Source: Actinomycetes bacterium
GTDB lineage: Bacteria > Actinomycetota > Actinomycetes > S36-B12 > UBA5976
DNA length: 49,206 nucleotides
Reading direction: 5' to 3'
Assembly (NCBI GenBank): GCA_037131045.1
Contig: JBAXRV010000004.1
Span: 1 to 49,206 of the forward strand
Shown: piece by piece, positions 38,451-49,206 of the stretch
Numbering within the stretch: the stretch's first letter is position 1
Layout of the letters: each line of letters opens with the position of its first letter
Translations under genes and position numbers: made by a program
Notes under the pieces: generated by a model
The model's input: only the letters and a program-made list of their open reading frames with translations
The model's database searches: none
What the model was told of the DNA's origin: nothing

Positions 38451-39770
38451 TTACTTGCGTCCTAACAGTCCTCGAATGCGTTCCAAAAGAGTTAGTGCAA
38501 GCGACTCAGCGCCACGACCACTTGGTCGGTAGTAACGAGCATTAGCAAGGGTGTCAGGCAGATAAGGCTGGGCTGCTACACCTTCAGGAAGATCATGCGG
38601 GTAGATGTATCCGACACCATGTCCTAAATCTCCGGCCCGCGCATAATGGCTGTCACGCAAATGTGCAGGCACTTCGCCTATCGACATTGTGCGCACATCG
38701 GCAATCGCAGCATCCATCGCAACGTATGCTGCATTTGACTTAGGTGCCATTGCAAGAGCCAGGGTGACGTGTCCTAATGTAATTCGAGATTCCGGCATGC
38801 CAATCAATTGCACGGTATGGGCAGCTGCCTGCGCCAGAGACAACATGGAATTATCCGCCAGACCAATGTCTTCGCTTGCAAGTATTAATAATCGGCGAGC
38901 TATGAAGCGCGGGTCCTCGCCCGCCTCTAACATGCGGGCCAAATAATGCAAGGCTGCATCAGGGTCTGACCCTCGCACACTCTTGATGAAGGCACTGATC
39001 ACGTCGTAATGCTGATCACCTGCTTTGTCGTACCGCACGATGTTGTGATCGCTGGCCGCTGACACATGATCAGATGTCACTTCGCTGAAACCCAAATCGA
39101 CTGCAACTGCCACGGCTGCTTCAAGTACAGTGAGTGCGCGTCGCGCATCGCCTCCCGAGAGGCGCACAATCATTTCGCGAGCATCCTCGTGCAACGTCAC
39201 CACGTGGTTGAGTCCACGCTCATCGGATAACGCACGATCAACAAGGCGATTCACGTCGTCATTGTTAAGGCTATGCAGAGTGACCATCAGCGAGCGCGAG
39301 AGCAGCGGTGCAATGACGGAAAATGATGGGTTCTCAGTTGTAGCAGCAACCAATGTGACCCAACCGTTTTCAACACCAGGTAGAAGTGCATCTTGCTGCG
39401 TTTTATTAAAGCGATGAACTTCATCGACAAATAGCACAGTTTGCAAACCGTATAGCGATTTGTTCTCTTGCGCGGTAGTGATCACATCACGTACGTCTTT
39501 AATTCCTGCAGTGATCGCTGACAGTTCTACGAATCGAGCAGACCCAGCGCGCGCCATCAACTGCGCCAGCGTTGTTTTGCCAGTCCCCGGTGGTCCCCAC
39601 AAAATTACAGAGGTGCGCGAGGCGTCAGACTCAGTATCAAGCAAACGACGAAGTGGGCCACCTTGAGTCAGCGCATGACTTTGGCCAACAAATTCGGCAA
39701 TAGTGCGAGGTCGCATTCGTACGGCAAGCGGTGCAACCACATTGTCGTTATCGAAAAGCGACGTAGACAT
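38451..39770 (-). CDS. rarA: Replication-associated recombination protein A (MgsA/RarA)
   Basis: Motifs PLA.RMRP, WGPPGTGKTT, DEVHRF, ATTENPSF, HYD.ISAFIKS.RGSD and VP.HLRD.HY. Confidence 0.95.
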   Translation of the reverse strand: MSTSLFDNDNVVAPLAVRMRPRTIAEFVGQSHALTQGGPLRRLLDTESDASRTSVILWGPPGTGKTTLAQLMARAGSARFVELSAITAGIKDVRDVITTAQENKSLYGLQTVLFVDEVHRFNKTQQDALLPGVENGWVTLVAATTENPSFSVIAPLLSRSLMVTLHSLNNDDVNRLVDRALSDERGLNHVVTLHEDAREMIVRLSGGDARRALTVLEAAVAVAVDLGFSEVTSDHVSAASDHNIVRYDKAGDQHYDVISAFIKSVRGSDPDAALHYLARMLEAGEDPRFIARRLLILASEDIGLADNSMLSLAQAAAHTVQLIGMPESRITLGHVTLALAMAPKSNAAYVAMDAAIADVRTMSIGEVPAHLRDSHYARAGDLGHGVGYIYPHDLPEGVAAQPYLPDTLANARYYRPSGRGAESLALTLLERIRGLLGRK

Positions 39771-39775
39771 GAGAG

Positions 39776-41515
39776 CTATTCGTCTGTCTCAGCAAAGGGG
39801 TCGACATCGATACCCGCTTCAAGCCGCTGCTGGGCAGTAATTGGTGTGGGCGCACTCGTGAGCGGATCAAAACCTGCACCCGTCTTCGGGAAGGCAATCA
39901 CATCACGCAGACTCGTCGCACCAGCCAGAAGCATACAAATACGATCCCAACCAAAAGCGATACCGCCATGTGGAGGTGGACCATAGGCAAAAGCGTCAAG
40001 CAAGAAACCAAACTTTTCTTTAGCTTCTTCGTCCGTGAGTCCAAGCATTCGGAATACCCGCTCTTGCACATCGCCGCGATGGATTCGAATCGAACCACCG
40101 CCAATCTCGTTGCCGTTGCACACAATGTCGTATGCCCAAGCCAGGGCTTGGTCCGGTGCTTCCTCGAAACGATCAATCCATTGCGCATTCGGCGATGTAA
40201 ATGGGTGGTGGACAGCCGTCCAACCGCCCTCCTCGGTCTTTTCAAACATTGGAGCATCAACAATCCACAAGAATGACCATTCGTCATCGTTTATGAGGCC
40301 GCAGCGACGACCGACTTCTAAGCGAACAGCGCCGAGCAATTGCTGTGAACTGGACTTATCGCCCGCAGCAAAAAATGCACAGTCTCCTGGCTTGGCACCG
40401 AGCGCATCAGCCAGCCCAGCACGTTCGACATCAGAAAGATTCTTAGCCACGGGTCCGGACAGTTCACCTGATTCGTCGAATGTCACATAAGCAAGACCCT
40501 TGGCGCCGCGTTGTTTGGCCCACTCTTGCCAGGCATCAAAAGTACGGCGAGGTTGATCAGCGCCACCAGGCATGACAACTGCACCTACATACGGGGCCTG
40601 AAAAACGCGGAACTCAGTTTGTGCAAAGTGAGTCGTGCAATCGGTTAGCTCTAAATCAAAACGTAAGTCTGGCTTGTCGGAACCGTATCGATCCATTGCA
40701 TCGAAGTACGTCATTCGCGGAATGTCTGCGATGTCGTGACCAACAGTGCCTTTCCACAAATTGCGAACAATTTCTTCGGCGATTGTGATGATGTCGTCCT
40801 GCTCTACGAACGACATCTCGATGTCGAGCTGCGTGAACTCAGGTTGCCGATCTGCTCTGAAATCTTCGTCACGGTAACAGCGTGCTATTTGGTAGTAGCG
40901 CTCCATTCCAGCGACCATGAGTAACTGCTTAAATAACTGTGGGCTTTGTGGCAAGGCGTACCAGTGTCCGGGTTGTAGTCGCACTGGTACAAGGAAGTCG
41001 CGAGCGCCTTCTGGTGTTGATCGTGTCAAAGTCGGGGTCTCGATTTCAACAAAATCATGGGCGTCGAGCACTTCACGTGCTAACCGGTTAACTTTGCTAC
41101 GCATGCGAAGTGCGCGACTTGCAGATGGTCGACGCAGATCTAGATAGCGATATTTGAATCGGGTTTCGTCGCCAACATTGATTGTGTCGTCGATTGGGAA
41201 AGGTAACGGCGCGCTCTTACTCAGGACTGTGACAATCTCGGCAACAACTTCAATGTCACCAGTTGGAATTTCTGCGTTTTCGTTGCCTGCAGGTCGGATG
41301 CGCACAGATCCTGTGATTTGCAAACAAAACTCATTGCGCAGATCGTGTGCCACGGACTCTTCATTGACGACTACTTGCACGATGCCAGATGCATCTCGCA
41401 AGTCAAAAAACGCAATACCGCCATGATCACGACGACGTGCAACCCATCCAGCAAGAATGACGTGTTCCCCGGCATCAGATGCACGAAGTGCGCCAGAGTC
41501 ATGAGTGCGAAGCAT
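39776..41515 (-). CDS. aspS: Aspartate--tRNA ligase (probably non-discriminating Asp/Asn)
   Basis: Motifs [49 protein letters not shown] and PPHGGIAFG. The His in RDHGG is typical of non-discriminating enzymes. Confidence 0.97.
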   Translation of the reverse strand: MLRTHDSGALRASDAGEHVILAGWVARRRDHGGIAFFDLRDASGIVQVVVNEESVAHDLRNEFCLQITGSVRIRPAGNENAEIPTGDIEVVAEIVTVLSKSAPLPFPIDDTINVGDETRFKYRYLDLRRPSASRALRMRSKVNRLAREVLDAHDFVEIETPTLTRSTPEGARDFLVPVRLQPGHWYALPQSPQLFKQLLMVAGMERYYQIARCYRDEDFRADRQPEFTQLDIEMSFVEQDDIITIAEEIVRNLWKGTVGHDIADIPRMTYFDAMDRYGSDKPDLRFDLELTDCTTHFAQTEFRVFQAPYVGAVVMPGGADQPRRTFDAWQEWAKQRGAKGLAYVTFDESGELSGPVAKNLSDVERAGLADALGAKPGDCAFFAAGDKSSSQQLLGAVRLEVGRRCGLINDDEWSFLWIVDAPMFEKTEEGGWTAVHHPFTSPNAQWIDRFEEAPDQALAWAYDIVCNGNEIGGGSIRIHRGDVQERVFRMLGLTDEEAKEKFGFLLDAFAYGPPPHGGIAFGWDRICMLLAGATSLRDVIAFPKTGAGFDPLTSAPTPITAQQRLEAGIDVDPFAETDE

Positions 41516-41560
41516 GTTTTCCCTTTAGTGCTAATCACAGCTCGGTCGAGCAGTGTGTTG

Positions 41561-42820
41561 TTAAGAAAGTCGCTGGACGATCTCGGTAACGACTAATTCT
41601 AGGGCAGTAGTTCCCTGCTCCCCTGTCGCCAAATTCTTGACCGTCACAGTCCCTGCATCGAGTTCATCTTGACCCACTATGACGGCAATTCGTGCACCGC
41701 TGCGATCTGCGCTCTTCATAGCCGCCTTAAGACTGCGTCCGTCAAAGGCAAAATCACTTCTTATTCCAGCGCTACGCAATGTGCCCAATAGCGCCACGGC
41801 TGCAGCAGTCGTTGAGTCACCCAAGGCAATCACAAAGGCATCTAGTGAAAGGTTGGCTGTCAGGTCGATGTTTTCGGCCTGGACTGCTAAACAGGTGCGA
41901 TCAACGCCGAGTCCGAAGCCAACTCCTGCCATGGCAGGTCCACCGATTGTCTCGATCAGACCGTCATATCGCCCACCACCTCCGATTGCAGATTGGGCAC
42001 CGAGTCCTTCGTGGATGCATTCAAAGGTGGTACGTACGTAGTAGTCCAACCCGCGCACTAGCCGTGGTGCATTTTCATAGCTGACACCAAGAGCGTCCAA
42101 GTAGGTCAACACCGCCGCATGATGGGTTGCGCAGTCGTCGCACAAGTGATCTGGCATAAGTGGTGCATGCTCTAAAAGTTTTTGTACCTCGGGACGTTTG
42201 TCATCGAGAACCCGAAGTGGGTTAATTGCAGCGCGATTGCGCGTGGCTTCATCTAGTGGCAACGTGCCCAGAAAGTTCAAAAGAAGTTCGCGATACGCGG
42301 GGCGGCATGCTTGACAACCAAGTGAGTTGATCAGCAATCGCACTTTCTTTAGTCCAAGGATATTTCGTTGTGCATAGATTGCCATCCAAATCACTTCGGC
42401 ATCCAGAGCCGGGTCCGATGATCCAATGGCCTCCACACCTACTTGTGTGTGTTGTCGATAACGACCCGACTGCGGTTGTTCGTAGCGAAAGTTTGGTCCT
42501 GTGTACCAAACTTTGGCGGGTAAGGCACCGCGATCAAGTCGGTTTTCTAGCATTGCGCGCAAGACACCGGCCGTGCCTTCAGGACGTAGTGTCAAGCTTC
42601 TGCCAGATCGATCCTCGAAGGTGTACATCTCTTTGGATACAACATCTGTTGATTCGCCAACGCCTCTGACAAACAATGCTGTGTCCTCGAACATTGGAGT
42701 CTCTATATATCCGTAGCCAGAATTGATAGGTGGTGTAGACAGAGCATTCTTTACCGCAAGCCACGTTGCAGAAAACGGTGGAATCACATCGTAGGTGCCC
42801 TTAGGCGCTTGGAACATCAT
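41561..42820 (-). CDS. hisS: Histidine--tRNA ligase
   Basis: Motifs APKGT.D, KEMYTF.D, LRPEGTA, FRYE.PQ.GRYRQ, LVRGLDYY and GGGRYDGL. Confidence 0.97.
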   Translation of the reverse strand: MMFQAPKGTYDVIPPFSATWLAVKNALSTPPINSGYGYIETPMFEDTALFVRGVGESTDVVSKEMYTFEDRSGRSLTLRPEGTAGVLRAMLENRLDRGALPAKVWYTGPNFRYEQPQSGRYRQHTQVGVEAIGSSDPALDAEVIWMAIYAQRNILGLKKVRLLINSLGCQACRPAYRELLLNFLGTLPLDEATRNRAAINPLRVLDDKRPEVQKLLEHAPLMPDHLCDDCATHHAAVLTYLDALGVSYENAPRLVRGLDYYVRTTFECIHEGLGAQSAIGGGGRYDGLIETIGGPAMAGVGFGLGVDRTCLAVQAENIDLTANLSLDAFVIALGDSTTAAAVALLGTLRSAGIRSDFAFDGRSLKAAMKSADRSGARIAVIVGQDELDAGTVTVKNLATGEQGTTALELVVTEIVQRLS

Positions 42821-43506
42821 GTGGCCGACAATCCTTGCGCTATTCGTACAAGGTACGGATTAGTAAGACGTTCAATAGCCATTGTGCTGGACGGACCATG
42901 ACCAGGAAAAATGCGTTTGTCGTCACTTAATGACAACACCACGTCCCGCAAGGACGCATCCATCTGCTCTGGCGAGCCAGAAGGCAAATCAGTTCGTCCG
43001 ATCGCTCCCGCAAAAACCACGTCACCTGTGAAGACAGTTGGGTCAACGTCGGCAAATTCAAAAAGTGCCGAGCCTGCGGTGTGTCCAGGTGCGTGGTGAA
43101 TTGTGATGTCAAAACCGGCCAACGAGATCCGCATCTGATCTGCTAACTCGACAACGTCTTGTGGGTCGGCAAAGAACTCATCTGTTCCTAACATGCTAGG
43201 AAGTGCCTCGCGAGTTTGTTGACTCAGGCCTGGTGTCGGGTCGGCTAGCCATGAACGGTCGGCGCTGTGTATCAGAGCAGGAATGTGGTAACCCGACGCA
43301 ATGGGAAATACCGACCACATGTGGTCTATGTGGCCGTGTGTCACCATAACTGCCACTGGCAACAGGTTGTGCACAGCTAGGGCATCCCGCACGCCAGGTG
43401 CCGCGTCTTTGCCCGGATCAATAATGATGCATTCGCTGTTGGCCGATGGCGCCACAATGTAGCAGTTTGTCTGCCAAGGTCCGGCGGCAAAGGATTCGAT
43501 AAGCAT
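42817..43506 (-). CDS. MBL-fold metallo-hydrolase (glyoxalase II-like)
   Basis: Motifs NCY, IDPG, THGHIDH, PGHT.GS, FTGD..F.G.IGRTD and PGHG; upstream of hisS. Confidence 0.92.
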   Translation of the reverse strand: MLIESFAAGPWQTNCYIVAPSANSECIIIDPGKDAAPGVRDALAVHNLLPVAVMVTHGHIDHMWSVFPIASGYHIPALIHSADRSWLADPTPGLSQQTREALPSMLGTDEFFADPQDVVELADQMRISLAGFDITIHHAPGHTAGSALFEFADVDPTVFTGDVVFAGAIGRTDLPSGSPEQMDASLRDVVLSLSDDKRIFPGHGPSSTMAIERLTNPYLVRIAQGLSAT

Positions 43507-43591
43507 GGGGCACTTTCACGTGGTTTTGGGTACTTGTAACTAGGCTACCGCCGCTACCCGCCCAACTCTTTGCACCCTAGAATGACTATTT

Positions 43592-44389
43592 GTGTCTAAT
43601 AAACGTGATCGCGAACTCGCCCGTGCCAAGTACGAACGTCAACAGGTCCGAAGGACCGCACGACAACAGCGAGCCCACATCCGCAATCGTATTGTTGCCC
43701 TATTTGCAGTAGTCGCCGTCATCCTTGGTTACGGTGCGCTGAAGGGCAAGAATCCGACGGATACCTCAGCACAACCGAGCTCATCAGCAAGTGCGCAACC
43801 TAGCGCCATCACTACTGAACAGGCCGTTGCCAGTTGCGACAAACCTGCAGCGCTGCGCGCCGACAACGTCACGTTCCAGAGCGAGCCGACAGGTGTGAAG
43901 GCCGCCAAGTCAATCGTGCTGTCGACAAATTGCGGAGACATTGCGATTAAGACCAATCCACAGACACCACATACCGCGGGCATCATGTCCTTTTTGACTC
44001 AGAAGAAGTTCTTTGACGGAGTCGGTTGCCACCGCCTTACGACGTCCGGCATTTATGTGCTGCAGTGTGGGGATCCATCATTTACCGGCTCAGGAGGGCC
44101 CGGGTTCAAATTCGCGGATGAGAACTTGCCCACAGCTGGCGCCGATGGTTCCTACACGTACAAGCGCGGTGATGTGGCTATGGCCAACAGCGGTCCTGAT
44201 ACAAATGGGAGCCAATTCTTCCTGGTGTATCAAGATTCAGTGCTTGGCCCGAACTACACATTGTGGGGCAACATTTCCAAAGGTCTAGATGTCATTGATG
44301 CAGTTGCCGGCGCTGGTGTCGTGAACCAACAGCAAGACGGAGCTCCTTCACAAACTATTGTTATTGCCCAGGCCAAGACTGCGCAATAA
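43592..44389 (+). CDS. Membrane-anchored cyclophilin-type peptidyl-prolyl isomerase (PpiB-like)
   Basis: Basic N-terminus and TM helix; motifs CHRLTT..YVLQCGDP..G.GGPG, AMAN.GP.TNGSQFF and YT.WG. Confidence 0.9.
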   Translation: MSNKRDRELARAKYERQQVRRTARQQRAHIRNRIVALFAVVAVILGYGALKGKNPTDTSAQPSSSASAQPSAITTEQAVASCDKPAALRADNVTFQSEPTGVKAAKSIVLSTNCGDIAIKTNPQTPHTAGIMSFLTQKKFFDGVGCHRLTTSGIYVLQCGDPSFTGSGGPGFKFADENLPTAGADGSYTYKRGDVAMANSGPDTNGSQFFLVYQDSVLGPNYTLWGNISKGLDVIDAVAGAGVVNQQQDGAPSQTIVIAQAKTAQ

Positions 44390-44442
44390 TAAGTACGCAC
44401 ACCCAAGAGCCCACCACGGGACCCGAACGCAAGGACACCACA

Positions 44443-45672
44443 ATGACTGTTTCACACTCTCACGGATACGCAGACGAAGAAGGCAATGTTTTCCTCAACT
44501 CTGCCGATGGCCCAGTCAAGCTTGGTCAGTATGTTGCGGGTACCCCTGAAGAGGGTGTGTCATTTTTCGCACGCAAGTACAACGATCTTGTTTCAGAAAT
44601 TGAACTTGCAATCGCTCGGCTACGTGATGGTAAAGCCAACCCAGATGCGGCCAAGGCTTTGCTCGAAAAAATCGAAGCAGCAATCACCACGCCGAGCATG
44701 TTGGGCGACCTGAGTATTTTCCATGGTCATAAAACTGAAATAGAAGAACTGACGGAAAAAGCGCGAGCGCAAGTTGCTGAAAAGAAAGCTGCAGCGAAAG
44801 CAATGGCTTTGGCGCGTCGCGAAGAGATTGTCGCGCTTGCTGAATCTTTGGTGAATTCCAATCAGTGGAAATCAACGGGCGAAAAGTTTAAGGAACTGCT
44901 CGACGAGTGGAAGACACTGCAGTCAGGCGATCGCGGCAAAGAGCAGGAACTATGGAAGCGCTTCAGTCATTCGCGAACTGTCTTTGATAAGGCTCGACGA
45001 AACTATTTCCAAAATTTGGATGTTGCCCGTACTGAGGCACTTCAAGCTAAGAACGCCTTGATCAAAAAAGCTGAAGCGTTAGCTGACAGCACCGATTGGG
45101 TAGCGACCGGCAATGCATTCAAGGGTCTAATGGCCGAGTGGAAGGTGCTGCCGCGCACAGGTCGTGGAAGCACTGATTCGCTATGGGATCAGTTCAAAAC
45201 GCTGCAAGACAAGTTTTTTGATGCTCGAAGCAAGGCACTTTCTGCTCGCGACGAAGAGTTTGGTGGAAATCTGACTATCAAGTTGTCGTTATTAGAAAAA
45301 GCGGAAGCGCTTCTGCCGATCACTGACGTTGATGCTGCAAAGACCGCGCTTCGAAATATTCAAGAGCAATGGGAAAAGGCTGGCCATGTCCCCCGTGGTG
45401 ATAAGGAGAAGATTGAACGACGCCTCAAAAACGTTGAAGATTCAATCCGTAAGGTGCAGGAACAGATCTGGCATCGTTCCAAGCCCGAAGTTATTGATCG
45501 TGCAAACGGCCTGGTCACACAATTTGAAGCCTCGTTAGCAAAGCTCGATAAGCAAATTGCCACAGCACAGGCAGCAGGCAAGAGTGACGAATTAGCACGC
45601 CTAACAGCTTCCCGCGAACAGGTTGAAGCGTTGCTTGCAGCTGCACGTGGTGGTGCTGCCACGCTTGGTTAA
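44443..45672 (+). CDS. DUF349 repeat protein
   Basis: N-terminal G..DEEG.V...GQY..G; three helical W..T..F..L..EWK..G...LW..F repeats; conserved position between ppiB and rel. Confidence 0.85.
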   Translation: MTVSHSHGYADEEGNVFLNSADGPVKLGQYVAGTPEEGVSFFARKYNDLVSEIELAIARLRDGKANPDAAKALLEKIEAAITTPSMLGDLSIFHGHKTEIEELTEKARAQVAEKKAAAKAMALARREEIVALAESLVNSNQWKSTGEKFKELLDEWKTLQSGDRGKEQELWKRFSHSRTVFDKARRNYFQNLDVARTEALQAKNALIKKAEALADSTDWVATGNAFKGLMAEWKVLPRTGRGSTDSLWDQFKTLQDKFFDARSKALSARDEEFGGNLTIKLSLLEKAEALLPITDVDAAKTALRNIQEQWEKAGHVPRGDKEKIERRLKNVEDSIRKVQEQIWHRSKPEVIDRANGLVTQFEASLAKLDKQIATAQAAGKSDELARLTASREQVEALLAAARGGAATLG

Positions 45673-45702
45673 GGCTTTCTCACTCGTAGAAATTCGCCTT
45701 CA

Positions 45703-47922
45703 CTAGACCCGATAGACGTCGTAGACCCCGTCAATGCCGCGGACTGCACGAAGCACAGTGTTCAAGTGTGATGGGTCTGCCATTTCAAAAGTAAAGCGTG
45801 ACATTGCAACTCGGTCCCGTGTCGTAGTGACTGAAGCATGCAAAATGTTTACATGCTGATCAGACAGTGCCCGCGTCACATCCGAGAGCAACCGCGCTCG
45901 GTCGAGGGCCTCTACTTGAATATTTACTAGGTAAACGCTGCCTTTGCCTGGTGTCCATGAGACATCAACAATTCGCTCGGGTTGATCTAGAAGCGATTTT
46001 GTGTTGATGCAATCCGTCCGATGGACCGACACTCCTGATCCACGTGTCACAAATCCCATCACCGCATCGCCAGGAACGGGTGTGCAGCAACGAGCGAGCT
46101 TGACCCAGGTATCGGCCGCGCCCGCAACTGAAATTCCTGAATCAGTTTTGCTGGTCTTAATGGGAATGTTTCTGCCGGGCGTAAGAATGTCAGCAGTGTC
46201 TTCGATAGCTTCTTCATGTCCGCCTAAGGCAACAAGCAAGCGTGTGACAACTGTTTGAGCACCAAGGTGGCCCTCACCTACTGCTGCATAGAGCGCTGTC
46301 ACATCTGCATAGTGAGATTCGGCTGCCAGATTCGTGAGCATGCTATTGGTTAAGAGCCGAAGGGGTACTCCTTGCTTTTTCATAGCGCGAACGATGTAGT
46401 CCTTGCCCACTTCAATAGCTTCCTCGCGGCGTTCCTTCGAAAACCACGCCTTGATTTTGGAGCGAGCTCGCGCGCTCACTGCAACATTGAGCCAGTCTCT
46501 ACTTGGGCCTGCGTTGTCTGCCTTGTTAGTAATAATCTCAACGGCGTCACCATTGGCCAAAGTGGAATCTAGTGGTGCGAGTTTTCCGTTGATACGAGCG
46601 CCTACACAACGATTTCCAACTTCCGTGTGTACCGAGTAGGCGAAGTCGATTGGTGTGCTGCCCGCGGGAAGTGCCATGACCTCACCTTTTGGTGTGAAAA
46701 CATACACTTCGGCTGCGCCGAGATCATCACGTAAGGAATCTAGGAACTCGCCAGGATCTTCGGTCTCGCGTTGCCAGTCGAGTAACTGTCGCACCCAACC
46801 AAGATCATCTGGACCACCTTTGCCTGCTACATCCTTTTGCTTGTAGCGCCAATGTGAGGCCACACCATATTCAGCCGCCCGGTGCATTTCGTGAGTACGG
46901 ATTTGGAACTCAACTGGCTTTCCCGACGGACCAATGACCGTTGTGTGCAGAGATTGGTACATCGTGAACTTAGGCATTGCGATGTAATCCTTGAATCGAC
47001 CCGGCACCGGATTCCACCGATTATGGATAATTCCTAAAGTCGCATAACAGTCTTGAACACTGTCAACAAGTACTCTCACACCAATCAGATCGTATATCTC
47101 TTGGAAATCACGACCACGCACGATCATCTTTTGATAAATGCTGTAAAAATGTTTTGGCCTGCCAGTGACATCATTTTCAATAGCTGACTCTTTGAGATCT
47201 GATTCGACTGCTTCAACGATTTCTTGCAAATATTCATCGCGAGCTGGCGCCCGTTCACTCACAAGGCGAACAATCTCATCAAACATTTTTGGATACAGCG
47301 AGGCAAAAGCGAGGTCTTCAAGTTCCCACTTGATTGCGTTCATGCCCAGGCGACTTGCTAAAGGTGCATAAATTTCGAGGGTCTCGCGGGCCTTTTGTTC
47401 TTGCTTATCAATTGACATGTATGACAACGTGCGCATATTGTGCAGCCGGTCTACGAGCTTAATCACAAGCACACGAATGTCTCGGGCCATCGCGACCACC
47501 ATCTTGCGGACAGTCTCGGCCCCCGAGGCTTGGCCATATTTCACCTTGTCTAGCTTGGTGACACCATCGACTAGTCCAGCGACTTCATCTCCAAAATCAA
47601 TGCGAAGCTGATCAACTGAATATTCGGTGTCCTCGACTGTGTCATGCAAAAGCGCAGCGATGATTGTCGATGTTGTCATGCCCAGATCAGCTAAGAGACC
47701 TGCAACTGCTACCGGATGAGTGATGTAGGCATGTCCCGACTTACGTTCTTGGTGGCGATGCAAATATTCGGCATAGCGATATGCACGCGTGATTTCCTGG
47801 ACATTACTGGCGGGATGATAAACAAGCAGAGTATCGATAACGTCCTGCATATCAGCGGGAAGGTCAGGATTCTCGGACGTGCGAGCCTGCACAGCGTGCG
47901 CTAACGCTAGCGATGCGGGCAT
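45703..47922 (-). CDS. rel: Bifunctional (p)ppGpp synthetase/hydrolase Rel
   Basis: HD hydrolase domain ([24 protein letters not shown]), synthetase domain (GRPKH.YSI, RFKDYIA.PK, YQSLHT, EFQIRT), and TGS, CC and ACT domains. Confidence 0.97.
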   Translation of the reverse strand: MPASLALAHAVQARTSENPDLPADMQDVIDTLLVYHPASNVQEITRAYRYAEYLHRHQERKSGHAYITHPVAVAGLLADLGMTTSTIIAALLHDTVEDTEYSVDQLRIDFGDEVAGLVDGVTKLDKVKYGQASGAETVRKMVVAMARDIRVLVIKLVDRLHNMRTLSYMSIDKQEQKARETLEIYAPLASRLGMNAIKWELEDLAFASLYPKMFDEIVRLVSERAPARDEYLQEIVEAVESDLKESAIENDVTGRPKHFYSIYQKMIVRGRDFQEIYDLIGVRVLVDSVQDCYATLGIIHNRWNPVPGRFKDYIAMPKFTMYQSLHTTVIGPSGKPVEFQIRTHEMHRAAEYGVASHWRYKQKDVAGKGGPDDLGWVRQLLDWQRETEDPGEFLDSLRDDLGAAEVYVFTPKGEVMALPAGSTPIDFAYSVHTEVGNRCVGARINGKLAPLDSTLANGDAVEIITNKADNAGPSRDWLNVAVSARARSKIKAWFSKERREEAIEVGKDYIVRAMKKQGVPLRLLTNSMLTNLAAESHYADVTALYAAVGEGHLGAQTVVTRLLVALGGHEEAIEDTADILTPGRNIPIKTSKTDSGISVAGAADTWVKLARCCTPVPGDAVMGFVTRGSGVSVHRTDCINTKSLLDQPERIVDVSWTPGKGSVYLVNIQVEALDRARLLSDVTRALSDQHVNILHASVTTTRDRVAMSRFTFEMADPSHLNTVLRAVRGIDGVYDVYRV

Positions 47923-47970
47923 TGTGACCTCCTGTGTACACAGTCTAGGACAATGCTTCCAACGACTTGG

Positions 47971-48501
47971 TTAAGCAAAAACCGTGAACACTTCAGTCTT
48001 TGGATATTCGCGTGCAAATCTGTCGTGACCGCCGAGAAAATCAAGATCAAGCAGTACGGCTAGTCCGGCAACGGTTGCATGGCAGCGCTCAATCAGACTT
48101 GCGGCCGCTGTTGCTGTTCCACCGGTAGCTAACACATCATCAACTAACAGGACGACATCACTTTTCTGTAATGCATCTTGGTGAATTTCTAAGGTGTCTG
48201 TTCCATACTCCAGGGCGTACTCCACCCCAAATGTTGCACGCGGCAATTTGCCTGCTTTGCGGATCGGAACAAACCCAACATTCATGTGCCCCGCTAATGC
48301 CGCGCCCAGGATGAACCCGCGAGCTTCGATGCCAGCAATCCGAGTGATACCCGCTTGCCCAAAATGGCGGGCGCACTCTGTGAGCACCCACTCAAGAGCG
48401 GCAGTCTCGGAGAATACTGGAGTCAGATCCTTGAATACAACGCCCGGAGTTGGGTAATCCGGAATCGTGGCAATGAGAGATTCGGCGTATTCCCGCGACA
48501 T
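47971..48501 (-). CDS. apt: Adenine phosphoribosyltransferase
   Basis: Motifs PDYP.PGV.FKD, GIEARGF, RKAGKLP, YALEYG and VDDVLATGGT. Confidence 0.96.
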   Translation of the reverse strand: MSREYAESLIATIPDYPTPGVVFKDLTPVFSETAALEWVLTECARHFGQAGITRIAGIEARGFILGAALAGHMNVGFVPIRKAGKLPRATFGVEYALEYGTDTLEIHQDALQKSDVVLLVDDVLATGGTATAAASLIERCHATVAGLAVLLDLDFLGGHDRFAREYPKTEVFTVFA

Positions 48502-48503
48502 TC

Positions 48504-49206
48504 CTAGCGACCAGATCGTTTGGAGCGAGGTGCTTTCACACGTTGTTGCCGTGGTCCTGCGGCCGCAACGATTGGTGCTGAGCCAACAGGCACCAATATT
48601 TCGTCGCCATCTCGCCCAGCATTCTTGCGACGCGATTCAACACGCTTGCGCAAGGCCACCATGTCATCTTGGCGCTCTTTAATCTGGGCCAGAATTGGCG
48701 TGGCAATGAAAATCGATGAGTAGGTTCCTACAAGCATTCCGACAAACAAAGCAAGTGCCAAATCGTTCAGAGTTCCAGCACCCAACTTAACGATGCCAAC
48801 GACCAAGATTGAAAGCACAGGTAAGAGCGCGACCACAGACGTATTGATGCTGCGGACCAGTGTCTGGTTCAAGGCCAAATTAGAGGCCTCGCTGTACGTC
48901 ATGCGCGAACCGGTAGTCAGACCGCGAGTATTCTCACGAACCTTGTCGAACACCACAACTGTGTCATAAAGGGAGTAACCCAAAATTGTCAGGAATCCAA
49001 TGACTGTGGCTGGTGTCACCTCAAAACCGCTGAGTGCATAAATGCCAACCGTGATGAACACGTCGTGCACCAATGCAATAAGCCCCGCGGCTGCCATGGG
49101 CCATTCGAAGTACGTGGCTAAGAAAATTGCGACCAAGATGAGAAACACAACGAGTGCTCGCGCAGCGTTCTTTGACACTTCGCTGCCCCACGTTGGGCCG
49201 ACAAGC
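48504..49206 (-). CDS. secF: Protein translocase subunit SecF (5' truncated by window edge)
   Basis: The frame is open to the window end (VGPTWG); motifs LVHD, LTILGYSLYDTVVVFDKVREN, QTLVRSINTS and GTYSSIFIA. Confidence 0.95.
   Translation of the reverse strand, partial: LVGPTWGSEVSKNAARALVVFLILVAIFLATYFEWPMAAAGLIALVHDVFITVGIYALSGFEVTPATVIGFLTILGYSLYDTVVVFDKVRENTRGLTTGSRMTYSEASNLALNQTLVRSINTSVVALLPVLSILVVGIVKLGAGTLNDLALALFVGMLVGTYSSIFIATPILAQIKERQDDMVALRKRVESRRKNAGRDGDEILVPVGSAPIVAAAGPRQQRVKAPRSKRSGR

Noticed and set aside
45671-45702. Imperfect hairpin between convergent DUF349 and rel
   Set aside because: The stem (AAGGC..TTTCT / AGAAA..GCCTT) is interrupted and has no U-tract, so it is too weak to call a terminator.
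1-49206. CRISPR arrays, IS elements, prophage and rRNA
   Set aside because: No spaced repeats, transposase, integrase or phage ORFs were seen, and no unexplained gap exceeds about 240 nt.

Overview
This window is core chromosome from an actinobacterium; by eye it is low in GC for the phylum, with very short intergenic spacers, so it may be a streamlined free-living lineage. It holds about 51 mostly housekeeping CDSs, one tRNA-Leu(CAA) and a glycine riboswitch. From left to right: (1) a pupylation locus arc-dop-pup-pafA-fkb-fkb-pafB-pafC-tatA-tatC, then DAG kinase, helY, a 5'-3' exonuclease, an Xaa-Pro peptidase, lnt and ppm1, all on +; (2) rbpA and a probable dif site at 16556-16583, near which gene orientation flips, marking the likely replication terminus; (3) a long - strand block with the pgsA2...gcvH-garA-ftsR-DUF151-MerR cluster, gcvP, the aro/efp/nusB genes, alaS, aspS, hisS, rel, apt and secF. 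Three observations stand out. First, a two-subunit aconitase-X (Fe-S dehydratase) is translationally coupled to gcvP under the glycine riboswitch, with no known AcnX partner genes nearby. Second, the pupylation locus has no prcB/prcA and its ARC ATPase lacks the GQYL proteasome-docking tail. Third, the dif site sits directly beside the rbpA promoter and its structured leader. I saw no mobile elements, CRISPR arrays or rRNA. All calls come from reading motifs and recalled synteny; no database searches were run.
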